From Phoronis australis (Eukaryota; Animalia; Phoronida), in contig NMRA01000482.1 of assembly GCA_002633005.1 (NCBI GenBank), forward strand, positions 15,462 through 79,461: 64,000 nt of DNA, read 5' to 3'. How positions within the stretch are numbered: position 1 is the first letter of the stretch; every line of letters starts with the position of its first letter. The position numbers and the translations under genes were made by a program. The notes below the pieces were generated by a model. It was given only the letters and a program-made list of their open reading frames with translations, was not told the origin of the DNA and did not search any database. Shown here piece by piece: positions 34,301 through 46,970 of the stretch.

Positions 34301-37300
34301 TGTTTTTTGAACTAAATTGGCCCAACAAGATTCCAGTCAATCTTTATCCAGCCTTCAATCCTACATGTAGATACGTAGTTGGCTGTCAACCTTGGGGGTC
34401 AAAATCAAAGCCAGTGTACTATACACGAGGCAATCAGTCTGACAATACTGCATACATGAATCACAGGGAAATTCCTGATAAGACAAACGAAATGTTAGGA
34501 AGATACTTCTGGAGCAGCTGGCGAGAAAATCAAACTGACAGTCACTAACTTAATACCAATAGGCATTATCTGAATCAATATTTGTGACAGTGGATATTCC
34601 AGCCAACAGTGAATCATGGTTGGGAAATTCCCCCAGATTTGGGTTTGCTCAAGATCATAACAGCACAGTTGCCTGTTGGAAGGCAATGCCAGAGACTGGG
34701 GGATCTTTAATAAATACAAGTATGCAAAGAATGACAGGTGTTTTGAAGTTAAACATTTAGGTGCCAACACCCTGACAACATTCAAATAAATACACAGAAA
34801 ACATGAGACCTCAAGGCCCACGAAAAGTATCAACAACACATTACTGTGTTTTACAACCACATATAAAAATGCTGTTTCATTAGTATTTAATGTAAACAAT
34901 GTTTACACAGCTACTACATGTACTTTGCACTATATAGGGCAAGGTTGAAATGGCACTAAAAGCAGTTAACAAAAATTGTGAAAGCTCAATCCAAGTTGTA
35001 TAAAACAAAATCACCTATCATCTAATATGGATCACTAGTGTACATATATGGCACAAGCCTCACCCTATAAGGATATCTGTTTCATAAACATTGACATACT
35101 TAGGTTCAACATTGACAACAGCCAGAATTGGACAGCAGGCTGAATTCAGTACTGTGGCAGTGTTAGGTTCAACCTTGTCAGTGCATCAATTGCTTTGTAA
35201 AATTAGGTCAAGTACTGTGATATAGCCTTTGGGGTCCACATACCATAATACAAGTTTGGGTGAGGTTACTGCACAAACAGATGATGAAATGATGATATGT
35301 CACTTGCAGATGTAAGTCTCTCTCATCCCTGATCAATAATACAATAATTAAATACACTGTAATTAGATGATACTGTACAAACAGAAGTTGCTACACAAAA
35401 TGTTCTTTTAATACTAGATTGTTAATTTTTATGTAATTTTGGAGCTAGCACTATCAGTATAAAAACAAATTTAATGATTCTTTCACCAACACCGGAATAA
35501 AACTAAAACTATAATGATAAATAAAAGATTATCAATAAACAAAGTTCTAAAACTTAACACATGGACAGAGTGAGTTAACAAAGTTAAACTTGATTATAAT
35601 ATTTATAATTTACCTATCAATTCATTCAGCATTTGGAGTTCGGGAAAATATTCAATATTTAACAAAATACACTTAAGCTTTCTACCATAAAAGAATTCTC
35701 CAACGGGAAGAACCCCAAACACGTTGCACAAAGTGCAGTAGGTTTTTGCATCTAAATCTTCCTTTCAGTTCATTCACTGAAAACAACTATATAATCATAC
35801 ATTATGTTCACTTGTAGAGCATGTCTGTACCACTTTACAATAGAATAAAAACTGAGTACCACTGTGAAACGCGGCTTCATTTTTTACATTGTTAATACGA
35901 AAAAACCAGGCATTTCAAACATGACTACAGTTTGGGGAAAACAACTGCGAAGTAATACTGACTAGTATACAAAATGGTGGGTTTGTTTGGTGAATAAAAA
36001 TTAACAATGTAAAAGATAAATTTAACAAATAAAATTGATCTGTTATCATCACCATGATCACCTGTCAACACACTGATCTATAGCAACTGCACTGCATAAG
36101 TTTAGCTCTTTTAAGCCTGTACTTGTCTAAAACCAAAGAATGTGCAATTAACTAGATAAATATTCACCAACATCTTATTCACACAATAAATAAAATATCT
36201 AATCCATCCACTCCATGGATATGTTATAAGTAATGGTCTGCATTTAAACTCTGGTGGTTTTCATTTACTGCAAATCTTCTCCCATCAGTGTAGTTGTCGA
36301 CATTTTCGAACCTGGGAGGTTATCAGCAATAGTTGACATCAATTACAAAAAATTGAAGGCAGTGTGATACATGTTTTAACACATGTGCACAGTCTCCTCA
36401 GGTGGACCTATTACACCAATTACCTGGAACTACTTTTATGGGGCTAGAGACCTGACTCAAGGGCATAGATAAGCAGTGTGCCCCAGTCAGACATGAATCT
36501 GTGACCTTGAGTAAAGGAAGCACTCACTTAATAATTATCTGGAAAATACGCAAAATGATAACTTGACTCCCTGCCAAGAATCTATAACCAAGTACTAGAA
36601 TAGAAAGCCCAGGTTACAGAAGCATACTTTTTCGTTGCCTGTCCATAAACAATACAAAAATAAAAGAAGTGAAATTGCACCTCAAAATGCAGCATTCAGA
36701 ACCAAGAAAACTTGTGAGCTGGGTAAAATCTGAGTTAAAGTACTGAAGACGACAACACAATTCAAATATTGCAGTAAATATTTTGCTTTAACCCCTTTCC
36801 GATTGAAAAGGTTAAAAAGCATTATTTTATTCTTAATTTTTGGTTTTCCCAATTCCAATTTTATAGTCAGTGAAAAGAGCCCATGGCTCTTGTTTACAGT
36901 AGTTTTAATACTGATTTTTATTGTTTGACTTGAGAGGACTTTGATGGATGCAGAAGTCACGGCCTTATTTACTCATAGACATATTTAGTGTGTTTAATTA
37001 ATATGTAAAAAGCAACAGCATGCAGTTAAGGTTCTCCATGTGCGCGCCATCGATCACAATGTAGAAGTTAAAACTCATGACCGAAAGCTACAATCCAGGT
37101 TACATAACCAAACTATCTGAGATGCTACTAGACGTTTACAAACTAACGACTGTCCCACAATACATTTGAATAATCATAGCAACACTACTAATTGAAAAAG
37201 GTTTGCAGTAGATAAAACCAACCAAATTGTCAAAGAAACATTACCTTCTGTTTAAAACAATTTTACAGCTACTGTCTTCACTACACTAGAATTGAACATA

Positions 37301-37327
37301 CCTTAAAGTACCAACACTACTACAAAA

Positions 37328-37957
37328 TCACAATTCAGTCGGTTTTTCTGTTGGTAATGGGTCATTGTCGTGGTTTATGACAACATTGTGTGAGCTATAG
37401 TCAACATTGCCATTCTCGACATCTTTATTCATCGGTATCATTTCGTGGCCATTTTCAGCAGCATCAGCATCCCAGGCCTTCCTAGCAGTCTCCTTTTTCT
37501 GATATCTTTTGTAGACGTAGAATCCAAGTAAACCCAATACCACGACAATGAATAAAATGATACCCATGGCAATGAGTCCTGTTTCTGCGGCATATGGAAC
37601 AGGACTAACAAAGATAATAATTTCTTCCTCGCAGCGTAGACCAGTTCTCATTTGCGGACAGTGACACGAGAGCTCTTCCGCATGATTTAGGTCCAAAAGA
37701 AAGCATGTCCCTCCATTCAGACAATAATGAGCTTTGCTCGGTGGGCAAGGAAGTTTGTGAGACTTTGTGGGCACAGCAGAAAAGTTCTTTTCACTTTTGT
37801 TCCCAAGAATATCAACACTGTCAACGATGACCAATGGTGGAACAGGCGTTGTTGTGGTCGAAGGCGGTGCTGGTGTTGCTTCTTTTCGGCCACAACCAAC
37901 AACAGTTTTTAATAGCACCACCACTAGCAAGGAATGAAAGTTTGTCTTCGACTTCAT
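37328..37957 (-). CDS. Single-EGF type I transmembrane precursor; EGFR/ErbB ligand (TGF-alpha/Spitz-like), intronless CDS, 209 aa
   Basis: Signal peptide (1-21), Pro/Thr-rich stalk, N-glycosylation sites NKS/NFS. EGF domain C71-x7-C-x5-C-x12-C-x-C-x8-C109 with YCLNGGTC and GLRC. TM helix ~127-149 followed by KRYQKK, then a short cytoplasmic tail. Start context accATG. Confidence 0.92.
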   Translation of the reverse strand: MKSKTNFHSLLVVVLLKTVVGCGRKEATPAPPSTTTTPVPPLVIVDSVDILGNKSEKNFSAVPTKSHKLPCPPSKAHYCLNGGTCFLLDLNHAEELSCHCPQMRTGLRCEEEIIIFVSPVPYAAETGLIAMGIILFIVVVLGLLGFYVYKRYQKKETARKAWDADAAENGHEMIPMNKDVENGNVDYSSHNVVINHDNDPLPTEKPTEL

Positions 37958-38261
37958 GGTCCTGTAAACTCCTCAGATTTGTGATAAATCAAACAAAACG
38001 TTGGAATGTAGTCAATTAGTGACTTGCAAATATAGGTAATTCCAACAATGGCCTACACGTCTGCAGACTTTGTTCAGCACTTGTATCAGTACAGTTATTC
38101 AGCTTTGGCTTTGCTCAGAGCCAGCGTTACCGTTAGCAGGTTAAGTAGGTCCGCTCCGAATTTTACTCCCAAGTATTCACAATGAGCGAAAGCATATGGA
38201 ATCAGCAGCTTGTCTTCATGACATCCGTTCGTAAGTGTAGTCATCGGGGAAACTGTTGTCG

Positions 38262-38268
38262 TTTTATA
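38262..38268 (-). promoter_or_regulatory. Candidate TATA box of the EGF-ligand gene
   Basis: + strand ttttata = TATAAAA on the - strand, ~300 bp upstream of the ATG. Ets-type GGAAGT sites at 38355-38364 and 38569-38578. Confidence 0.45.
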
Positions 38269-40098
38269 ATCACAGCTACTGCCAATGCGTCATGCACAAC
38301 TAATTAACCGGAGTAGTTTCTAAATTCGGCACGACAAATTTCCCGTGCCTCGAAACAGGAAGTGTGTGAATTTGTTGACCGCTTGACAGTTGTATAGTTT
38401 CGAATTAAAACAGTTTATCCAGGAGATCGTAGACAAAATATGAACCAGGTAACTTTTGAACTAACCAAAATCACACGGTTATGTGTACTTGATTTAATGT
38501 ATTTCTCAAATTTCTTTTTATCGATTTTCATTTCTTGGTGTCGTACACTGTACCCTGTACCGACAGCTCACTTCCGGTTTCTGCATCGAAGTGACAGGGT
38601 TCCTGCGTATTTCTGTAAGATCAAGGTTAAAGACAATTGTCAAAAGCTACGCTCCGAACTCGTTAGTGTCTTGGTATGCAATTTATTGTACTTCAGTATT
38701 GAATATTGACTTAAACTAGAAGACGTGAGTGACTGACTTGATTTTTGATGGAGAGTCCCGAATCCAACACTCAACTCGACTCCAGTTTTGTTGATTCGAC
38801 TGAGTTGAATGAAGTTCAGTCTAGGTCCCTATTCAATCCTTCTTATCTCCTACAAAACTGGTCAGAGGATATGTATTTCAATCGATTTGCCGCTGTCTAC
38901 TCTTCACTCGTATGCTAAAATCATTTTGATTTTAAAAATTTACCCAAAACTTGCTTTTCGTGGTAACAGACTAAAAATCTCTCGATTGTATGCCGCCATT
39001 TTCATTTTTTGAATGCATTAGCTGCATCACTGACATCTAGCATTGTAGATTGCAACTAAAGTACCGTACAAACCTGAAACTCGTTTTCACGGTATTTCTT
39101 CAGTTTACGAGAATTCATGGTGTAGAAAAATGATGCGAGAAAATAAAATATTTTGAGTTCCCGCTGCCGAGAGGTGGGAAGCCGGAAGGCAACAAACGAC
39201 TTGCATTATGAGACTAGTACAATGACATTGTAATTGGGTGTAAGTGGTAGTGAGTGATGATGGGGTGGCGCATTTGTTCGGTACTAGTTTACGCATTTCG
39301 ATGCTAGGTGTCCTTGTCAAGAGATTTCTGCTCTGTCACGGATGCAAAGTTTGGCGGTGAATTTTTGAATAATGAAAGCTTGAATCGAAATAATTTTAGC
39401 ATATGAGTAAAGAGAAGACAGTGACGAATCGATTTAATATACGGTGACCACCATCTCTTGCTGAACTAGAGATGGTGAAGCTCCTACAGACGGCTCACAC
39501 TGGTTAAAAAATCCAAGTCACGTTGTTATAAGTACCTTTTGCACGGAGAGGGAGGTCACCCTAGGAGTCCGTCGGTGTCTTTTATTCTTCCCAATTCTAA
39601 CAAATGCTCCTGTAATCAAACTTTTTCTTCGAGCAGTCTTTCGTTCAGTTGCCCAAATTGGCAATTGGTCATTTTAGCACTGTGTGCACTCGGACATATG
39701 ACGTCATATTTCGTTTGGCGACCCGGGGTTTTTGTGAACTTGCTTTTGGCGACTTGGTGTCAAGCTAAGCATCAAGCACTGTTTGCACTGCATTAGCGAA
39801 GAGAACATTCTCAGTGTATTTAAATGGTTAAGTCACCAGCCTTGATTTCAGCGAATGTCTGGCAGACATCTCTGGCAAGTGCGAATTTGTAATTTAGAAT
39901 CACCTTTATTGTTTTGACAGATCTGATTGAAATGAAAGGCTCTATATAGCAGCACGTTGTTTATTGGTAGAAATAGCAATTTTTAGCACTGTTATCCAAG
40001 TTAAATTACTCAAGGAAGATTTGTTACCTCATAGAGTCTATTAATCCTAAGCTGTATATTTGTGTACTCTTTGGTATGGGTACCAACAAATGACTTAA

Positions 40099-41245
40099 CC
40101 CTTATCCTGCTAAGCCTCTATTCAGACAACTTTCCCTGTGGGCTGAGCTAAGTAGGTCACCACTGCTGCTGTGCACTGGGCTGTTACCAAGGTCACTCAG
40201 ATTAATGACCTAACATTTTTAAATTGGAAATTTGGGTAATGTCAACTTCACATAAAAGTAGTCTGCACAAAAGTTGTTCAGAATTTAATGGAGATTTTTA
40301 CCATATACATATCTTTACCATAGCCTTGGTGTAAATAATTCTATAAACTTTCAAACTGGACACCCTTTGTTTTTATCTGTTTTCGCACATGAGAACATTA
40401 TGGCAGACACTCAAAAACCGTAATAAACATTTTTAAAAGGGAATTCATGGGACTTGCATGTTTAATAAAGCAGATTTATTGTCTGTAACATCACATCTAC
40501 AAACAAGAATGTACAGTATATAACATACCTCAACTTTGCTCGATAACAAATTTATGACTGGTGCAGTCACTTGCTAAAGTCTGTTTTGAAGTTCACCTTG
40601 GTGTGCAAAAACTTGAAACACGGGTGGGGACACAAAGCTATTCTGTGAAAAAGTCACAAAAATATCTAGTTCTGAATGAGGTCCATCATGTTTCAGAGGC
40701 TCTGTGTTATGCGCGAAGGGCGTGAGCCAAGCATCGTCGTAGGCCCGACCCAAGTTCAGCTTCAGGGACCGGTGACTCCTCCAAAATTGCACTGATATCC
40801 GAATCGATGGAATGTGCATTACTTGTGACTGTGGTATTAGTTTCCCAGTCACTGTCACCATCACTTTCGAGTACTAATTCCAGCTCGTTTTCACTATCTA
40901 AGTCCATGAACACGTCCTCAAGAAACTAGTCAACAGTCATCTTACCACGTTTGGCACCAGCCAAGATAAAACTTGCGTAAACTTTCAAATATCTCGCCAA
41001 AAAATCACCACAGCCATATGTTGTAAATCAGAAAAATGTACAGGAAACTATGAACTGTGGAATGCGCATGCTCACATATATAAACAGCGTACGGGGCTTT
41101 CACAACTTCTGAATGAAAAACACCAGTGTCCTGGGGTGAGTACACCCTCCTTGCGCAGTCTAGCCGTAGCTTATAGGCGATTGAGTACACCCGACGCATA
41201 GAATAATTGGCTTGTCGGCTGACCTCGCCTAGCGCAGGATAAGGG
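40099..41245 (-). mobile_element. Internally deleted piggyBac transposon
   Basis: TTAA|CCCTTATCCTGC ... GCAGGATAAGGG|(T)TTAA. The - strand retains the acidic N-terminus (FMDLDSENELELVLESDGDSDWE) and, with a frameshift, the Cys-rich C-terminus (RTRYFCDF..IALCPHPCFKFLHTKVNF). The DDD core is absent. Confidence 0.85.
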
Positions 41246-41870
41246 TTTAACACAAATTTCTTTCCTTGTTCAATGTCAACCTAATGTAGCCTCATTCCTA
41301 GCCAGCAGGAAGGCACAGCCGCATAAGCGTAATCTAAAATACAGTAATTTCTTACTATGGTCGGTGTCTATCGATGGCCCTTTAATCCAAATATATTGCT
41401 AGCTATACGTTCTTCATCAGCAGTGATACTGTAAGTAAAATAGGCCAGGAAGTAGCAGGTGTGGCCATTTACTTGTATAATTCACACTGCGCTTTCAGTG
41501 TTTGGGTTTTGTTAAATGGACATTACTAAGCCTGAGCCTTCTGTCAAGAAATGAATTTTGTGTCTCATCTTGTTTGTTACCCGGATTAGAAGGGATGTTT
41601 TGACTTGAGAAATGACAAATCATTAGTGCCCCAGACTAGGTCCATTAAAGCGGAACTTGCGCTCTAATTGCTTATCTCTGTAATTGTTTAATCAAATTAG
41701 TTAGAACACAACATATAACGATGATGTGAATATGAAGTAGGCTGTAAATTGCCAGATGTTTTTAAGAGCGAAAAACGTACGCCATAAATCAATCAACGAT
41801 GTCCTGTAAGTATCATAACTTGGTGTTGAGGAATAACACTGCATGATGCGGGCTATTGTGAGCCTCCAAG

Positions 41871-44451
41871 CACACATCACAAATTTTTGTCCGACTGGTC
41901 GGAAATTGGTCGACGACCGGCCGTCGACCGGTCGGCAAATTAGCCGACCGTTCGGCTAAAAATTAGCCGACCGACAGCCGAAAGCAGTGCCGAATCATAA
42001 GGCGACTCCCCCAGCCGACCGTTCAGCCCACCGGCCATCAGCCGACCAGTTGGTCGGCAACTATTTTTATGCTAGAGTAGCAGTTGCGTAATAGGTTGTC
42101 AGGCTGATACCACTATGCATGTCAATGCATATTCGTATTAGCACAGGGTCAAATAAATTAACCTAGTTTACTGTGTGTGTTACATGAGTTCACATCGATT
42201 GTGTAACACCACTAATTCGATTGCTGAAGGCAAGCGGTAATATCATTGAATTATGGACAGTGCAACAACTTTTGGATAAAAAACGTGAAAAAGTTTTCTT
42301 AATACATTTGATCTTTAATTTGACTCGTGACGTTAACAAGCTGCATTAGATTGGCTGCTTCCCGATCAATACAACGCTGTAGTCATTTTGTAAACACAGC
42401 TATTTTTGACAGTCTTCGCCCACATTTTTTTTTGTGTTAAACCAAACTGCATCTTTTTGCGTTTTTAAAATTCCCCATGGGTCTCCTATCACTTACCCAT
42501 GATGATGGGATAGTGAGTGAGTCGTTACACCGAAGATCTCTCACTCCGGGGTTTCATTTTCATATGATTAACCCTTGCAGTGGCAGACGCGAAGTTCACA
42601 GTCCAGTATGCCCTAAACCCACGGACTTCGATGGTTCTAACTTCGAAATCATATGGTTACGATTTCCACGAACTTTGACAGTGACATCAAACACGGAATA
42701 ACCACTGCTGAAGCTACAACCAATTCTAGCTTTGCGCATTTCGTTTTTAGTGCATCGGTGACGTTAAAATCTGCGCTAGTTATATGTATCAGTTCTTGGT
42801 TCACGTTGTTCCAAAAGTAAATATTTTCTGTCAACAACACATTGACAAATTATGTAAAATAAAACAATTTTTAATGGGAAGATGTGAATACGTGGAGAAG
42901 AGGTATTTGTCTCTACACAGCATATGTGCGTGAATCTTTGATAAAGCGATTGGGATGTCGAAAAAAATGATAGAAATAAACCAAGGTGCAGAATAATTCT
43001 GTGCTCAGTTGTAAGAAGACCTACAATTTTTTAAAACAGCGCTCAATCTTAAAAAAATTCCAGCATGAGAGTGCTTCATCAGAAATGCCAAGCATACAGC
43101 GTTGTAAGACAGAGGCGATGGCGTTTCCGTATGTCCACACAAGTGCTTTGAGCAGTGTGTACAAATCTGTTCATTTCACTTTTCTACACTCTGACGAATT
43201 TCGACATCACGGTGTTTTAAAAAAGTCCACTTTTGAGGGCATTTTCAAAATTAATATGCTTGGTTGATGCATTCAGAGAGTCGGTGTCCACATCGTGCAT
43301 CAAATGTACACGTGGGCAGAAAACGTATCTGCGTAAAGAAAGAGTTGTGTTTTCAAAACTTTCAGAGTTGTGTGTTGTCACGACCCTACCGAGGCCAAGT
43401 ACAAGGCACGTCTTCAAAATTTAGATAAACTAAGTTTACGGCATACTGATTACAGGGTCACTGACTCGGAGCACCGTCTTAGGCATACGTATATTGTAAT
43501 ACCGGTTGAATTGTATGTTATAACAGTGAATAGCACGTACGCGCACAATAAGCCATTCACATTTATATCTGATCACAATTCTCCCCCTGCTTTGAAAACA
43601 AACAATCGTTAAGATAATTTTCGGAAAGAACTAAAATGATAGGACAAACACTACATACCAAAGTCTAGATTCTGCATTCGAAGACCGCTTTTATGAGAAA
43701 GAAACTCTCAACAGGAGAAGTTTGTAGTGACATGTAAATAAATATAACTTTTATTTGCCCTGAATATGTACAACTATTTACGCAATGTTTACAACATCAA
43801 GATAATTGAATAAACTCTTAAATTTAACTAAACTTTAAACCTTGAATTACTATCTCTCGAAATTATCCGTTGTGTGGTATGAAAACACTTGAGGTCGTAA
43901 AACAGCAAGCATTGTATTCTGATTTTTTGTGCAATTTTACGGCAAATTTTCAAATTGGTTGCGTGTTTTTATGTATAATGTACTGTGTAAAAAGTCTCAT
44001 ACTAAGAGACGGAAAATATGCTTCTGCGATATCATTTAACGTTTGATTTTACCACGCCGTCAGTAATTCAACATAAAGTTTACGGTGGTGTTATGTCACG
44101 CACTTCGTATTTGTAGGTTGATTCGATTTTACCACCTTTCAATAGTTGAACAAAAGTTGATAAACCGATGTCAAGACCGGAGTTGCCAATGGTGAACGAA
44201 CAGCGATCAGTTAAATGTTTGTTTGGCCAAAGTTCACCCGCTAAGTCATAAAATGGTAATTTCCAACTAAGGACACGCTTAATCCGAATTGGTCGTCTAC
44301 GCTTGGCGACCACTTAGCCGACCCAAGTGTCAACCACAGAGGCGACTCAGCAGACGGCTCCTAGCCGACCGTTGTTGGTCGGCTAGACGACTGGTCGACG
44401 GCCGGTCGTCGACCAATTTCCGACCGGTCGGACAAAAATTCGTGATGTGTG
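41871..44451. mobile_element. Non-autonomous TIR element, CACTA/EnSpm-like (CAC..GTG ends, ~60-bp TIR, GCCGACC subterminal repeats)
   Basis: cacacatcacaaatttttgtccgactggtcggaaattggtcgacgaccggccgtcgacc is the near-perfect reverse complement of 44393-44451. Many gccgacc/ggtcggc repeats lie inside both ends. No clear TSD was seen. Confidence 0.8.
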
Positions 44452-45505
44452 CTGTATGTCATTAGTGCAAATGTCACCTATTTGCAGAATTTTTTGTTTT
44501 CACATTGAAGTTGTCATTGAATACAAAAACTGCATTTTATTTAGCGTATATTATGTGAAAAATAGCATTGTCGTTTTAGTTCCTGCTATACATTAGCATA
44601 GTTAGGAGCATGCAAATACATTCTTTAAGTTGCTTGTCACAGTGGTTTTAGGTTCAGCCGTCATTGCAATATGGCTACCAGGGTTAATTACAGGCATTTT
44701 ATCGAACAAATTTCAATTCAAGCAATGTATAAGAACACCAGGGCATTGCTTTTGAACAGTAAGACAGTACAACTGTAAAGAAAATTGATGATTTTTTCAC
44801 TTCAGGAAATGGTTCATAGGATAATTAAATTTGATCGTCTTTTTATCTTTTTCAATCATTTTTCTGAAATTTATTGCAGCATTTGTGTTTGATTAATGGT
44901 GAGTATGAGCATTGATGATCAATCTATTTTCTGTAACTTGGACTGATGACTTTCGCAGTTAGTTACAATCCATTTTGTTTTGTGCTTTCTTTGTTTAATG
45001 AAAACCTGACTCAACCATTGGGCACTGGGAAATTACTGACACCTTATGTGTCTTTCAAAGCTTCTATGAGCCCACATTCTGTCAAAGAAATAACTTTTGG
45101 CTAAATACCACCATAACATTGGTCTCAACTTGCCGTACATTAATTTTTGTTTGAACTGTCGTTCATTTTAGCTTGAGACCATGCTCTGTTCACACAATGC
45201 CTCCTTCTGACAGGTCATCTCATTTCAGCCTTGTCTTAAGCAGTAATTGGTTGAAATTGTTCCTTGGTGTAAAATCTTATTAGTTTCAAGCAAAAATAAT
45301 TGCCAAAATTGTTTCGGATATTTCAAAGGCTTCTAATTTCATTGTGTTTTTCATTTCATTGTGTGTCGGTAGCCATGGTAAAGAACTATAACCACGTATG
45401 ATTTCGGTTTAGTTAATATGTTGTGTATGAAAAATGAGAAAGTAAAGTTTCACCTGTCCACCATGTTGAGATCCAAGTTGGTGGGGTTTTGCCTTTCTAA
45501 GATTA

Positions 45506-45680
45506 AAGGTATGTAATGTCTGGGCTAGGGAAGATATGTAATATCTGGGCTAGGGAAGGTATGTAATGTCTGGGCTAGGGAAGGTACGTAATGTCTGGGC
45601 TAGGGAAGGTATGTAATGTCTGGGCTAGGGAAGGTACGTAATGTCTGGGCTAGGGAAGATATCGCCAGGGAAGGTATGTA
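45506..45680 (+). repeat. 25-bp minisatellite, ~6.5 copies
   Basis: Unit aaggtatgtaatgtctgggctaggg. Confidence 0.95.
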
Positions 45681-46970
45681 GATCATTTTATGTTGCGAGC
45701 ATGGAATCAAAGAAGTAACAAGTCCTCAGTTCTTCCCAAACCTAGAAATTACAGGACTTATGTATCTCAGTTTGGTGAGTGATCAAAATAACTTATTCTT
45801 CAACTGAAGGGGGGTTTATAACCAATTTTCTAAAATGCAGGCTCTCAATTGAGACAGTAAAGGTGAAAGTTGCTTTTAACAAGCGAACAGTTGGTTTTCA
45901 TAGAATGAGTAAAGTTATAGGTAATAAACTAACAAAAATCCAATGTTTATGCCTTGTGTAATTTGACCCAACTTTAGTTGTAGTCTGTATAGGTTTCTTT
46001 TTTCATTCTGTGCAGTTATGCTTGGTATATCTCTATGCTAACAAATTCTTATTTTTAACTGGTCAGCGATGGATTCATTAGGTTTGGGATAGCAATAAAA
46101 TTTTTCTCTAATATATGTTTCTGCTTCTGTTTTTTTTTGTTTATTTATTCAAGTACACTGTACCTAAATGCAGCCAAAAATTCATTGATGTCAAGGATTG
46201 TTAGTATTGTGCTTCGGATATCTTTGTAAAGCTATCATAACTTCACCATCAGTAAAAAGTGAACTGTTGATTTAGACTACTCAGTCTTAAGCAAGGACTC
46301 GTATTTTATTCCGTGATCAATTTGGGTTGTGTTTTCTGGGCTCTTGCGTGAGACCAAGTTCAACTAGATGTCTTGTCATCACAGGTCATTTTACGCACTG
46401 ACCGAGGTCTATGGCACTAATGAGCTGTCATTAAGCTCAGAAATCGCATCTCATCTGAGTGAGGAACAAATAGACACCACTTTTATTGCAAGAAATAAAA
46501 ATCTGTTTGTTTTTGGACTGAACATAATCTTTGCATTGTGCACTTTTTACATGCATTAGACAGTCACTGTGATGATAGGTTAACTTTAACGTGCTGTTAA
46601 CTATAGCATCGGCAAAAGCGTTACAATCCGGTCTATACTCATGTTAGCGACATGTAACGTTTTTGTGCTGTAAATGCTGGGATTGGTGCGATAGTGTGCT
46701 GACCTCAATGCCAAGCCGTCTGGTTAAAATGCCACCTATTAGCCAGAATAATAATTTCATCACTAGCCAAGCTGAAGTCCATGAGAGACGGATGCAACGT
46801 CGCTAACTCTAGTAAGTTTTATTTCAAATTCCAGTTTTAGATTCAAATTCTGTTTGCCTTTTCTTTAACGGTAAGCAATTATTTTGTGTTCACAGGGCCA
46901 TCTGAGTCGGACAAATACTTGTTTGACTGCACTTTGTCCTCGCTGCCTCTCGACCAGTATACCTAAAGTG

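Noticed and set aside
34027-34899. 173-aa and 134-aa ORFs
   Set aside because: Non-ATG or weak starts, no recognisable motifs or splice structure; they lie in the presumed EGF-ligand 3' UTR.
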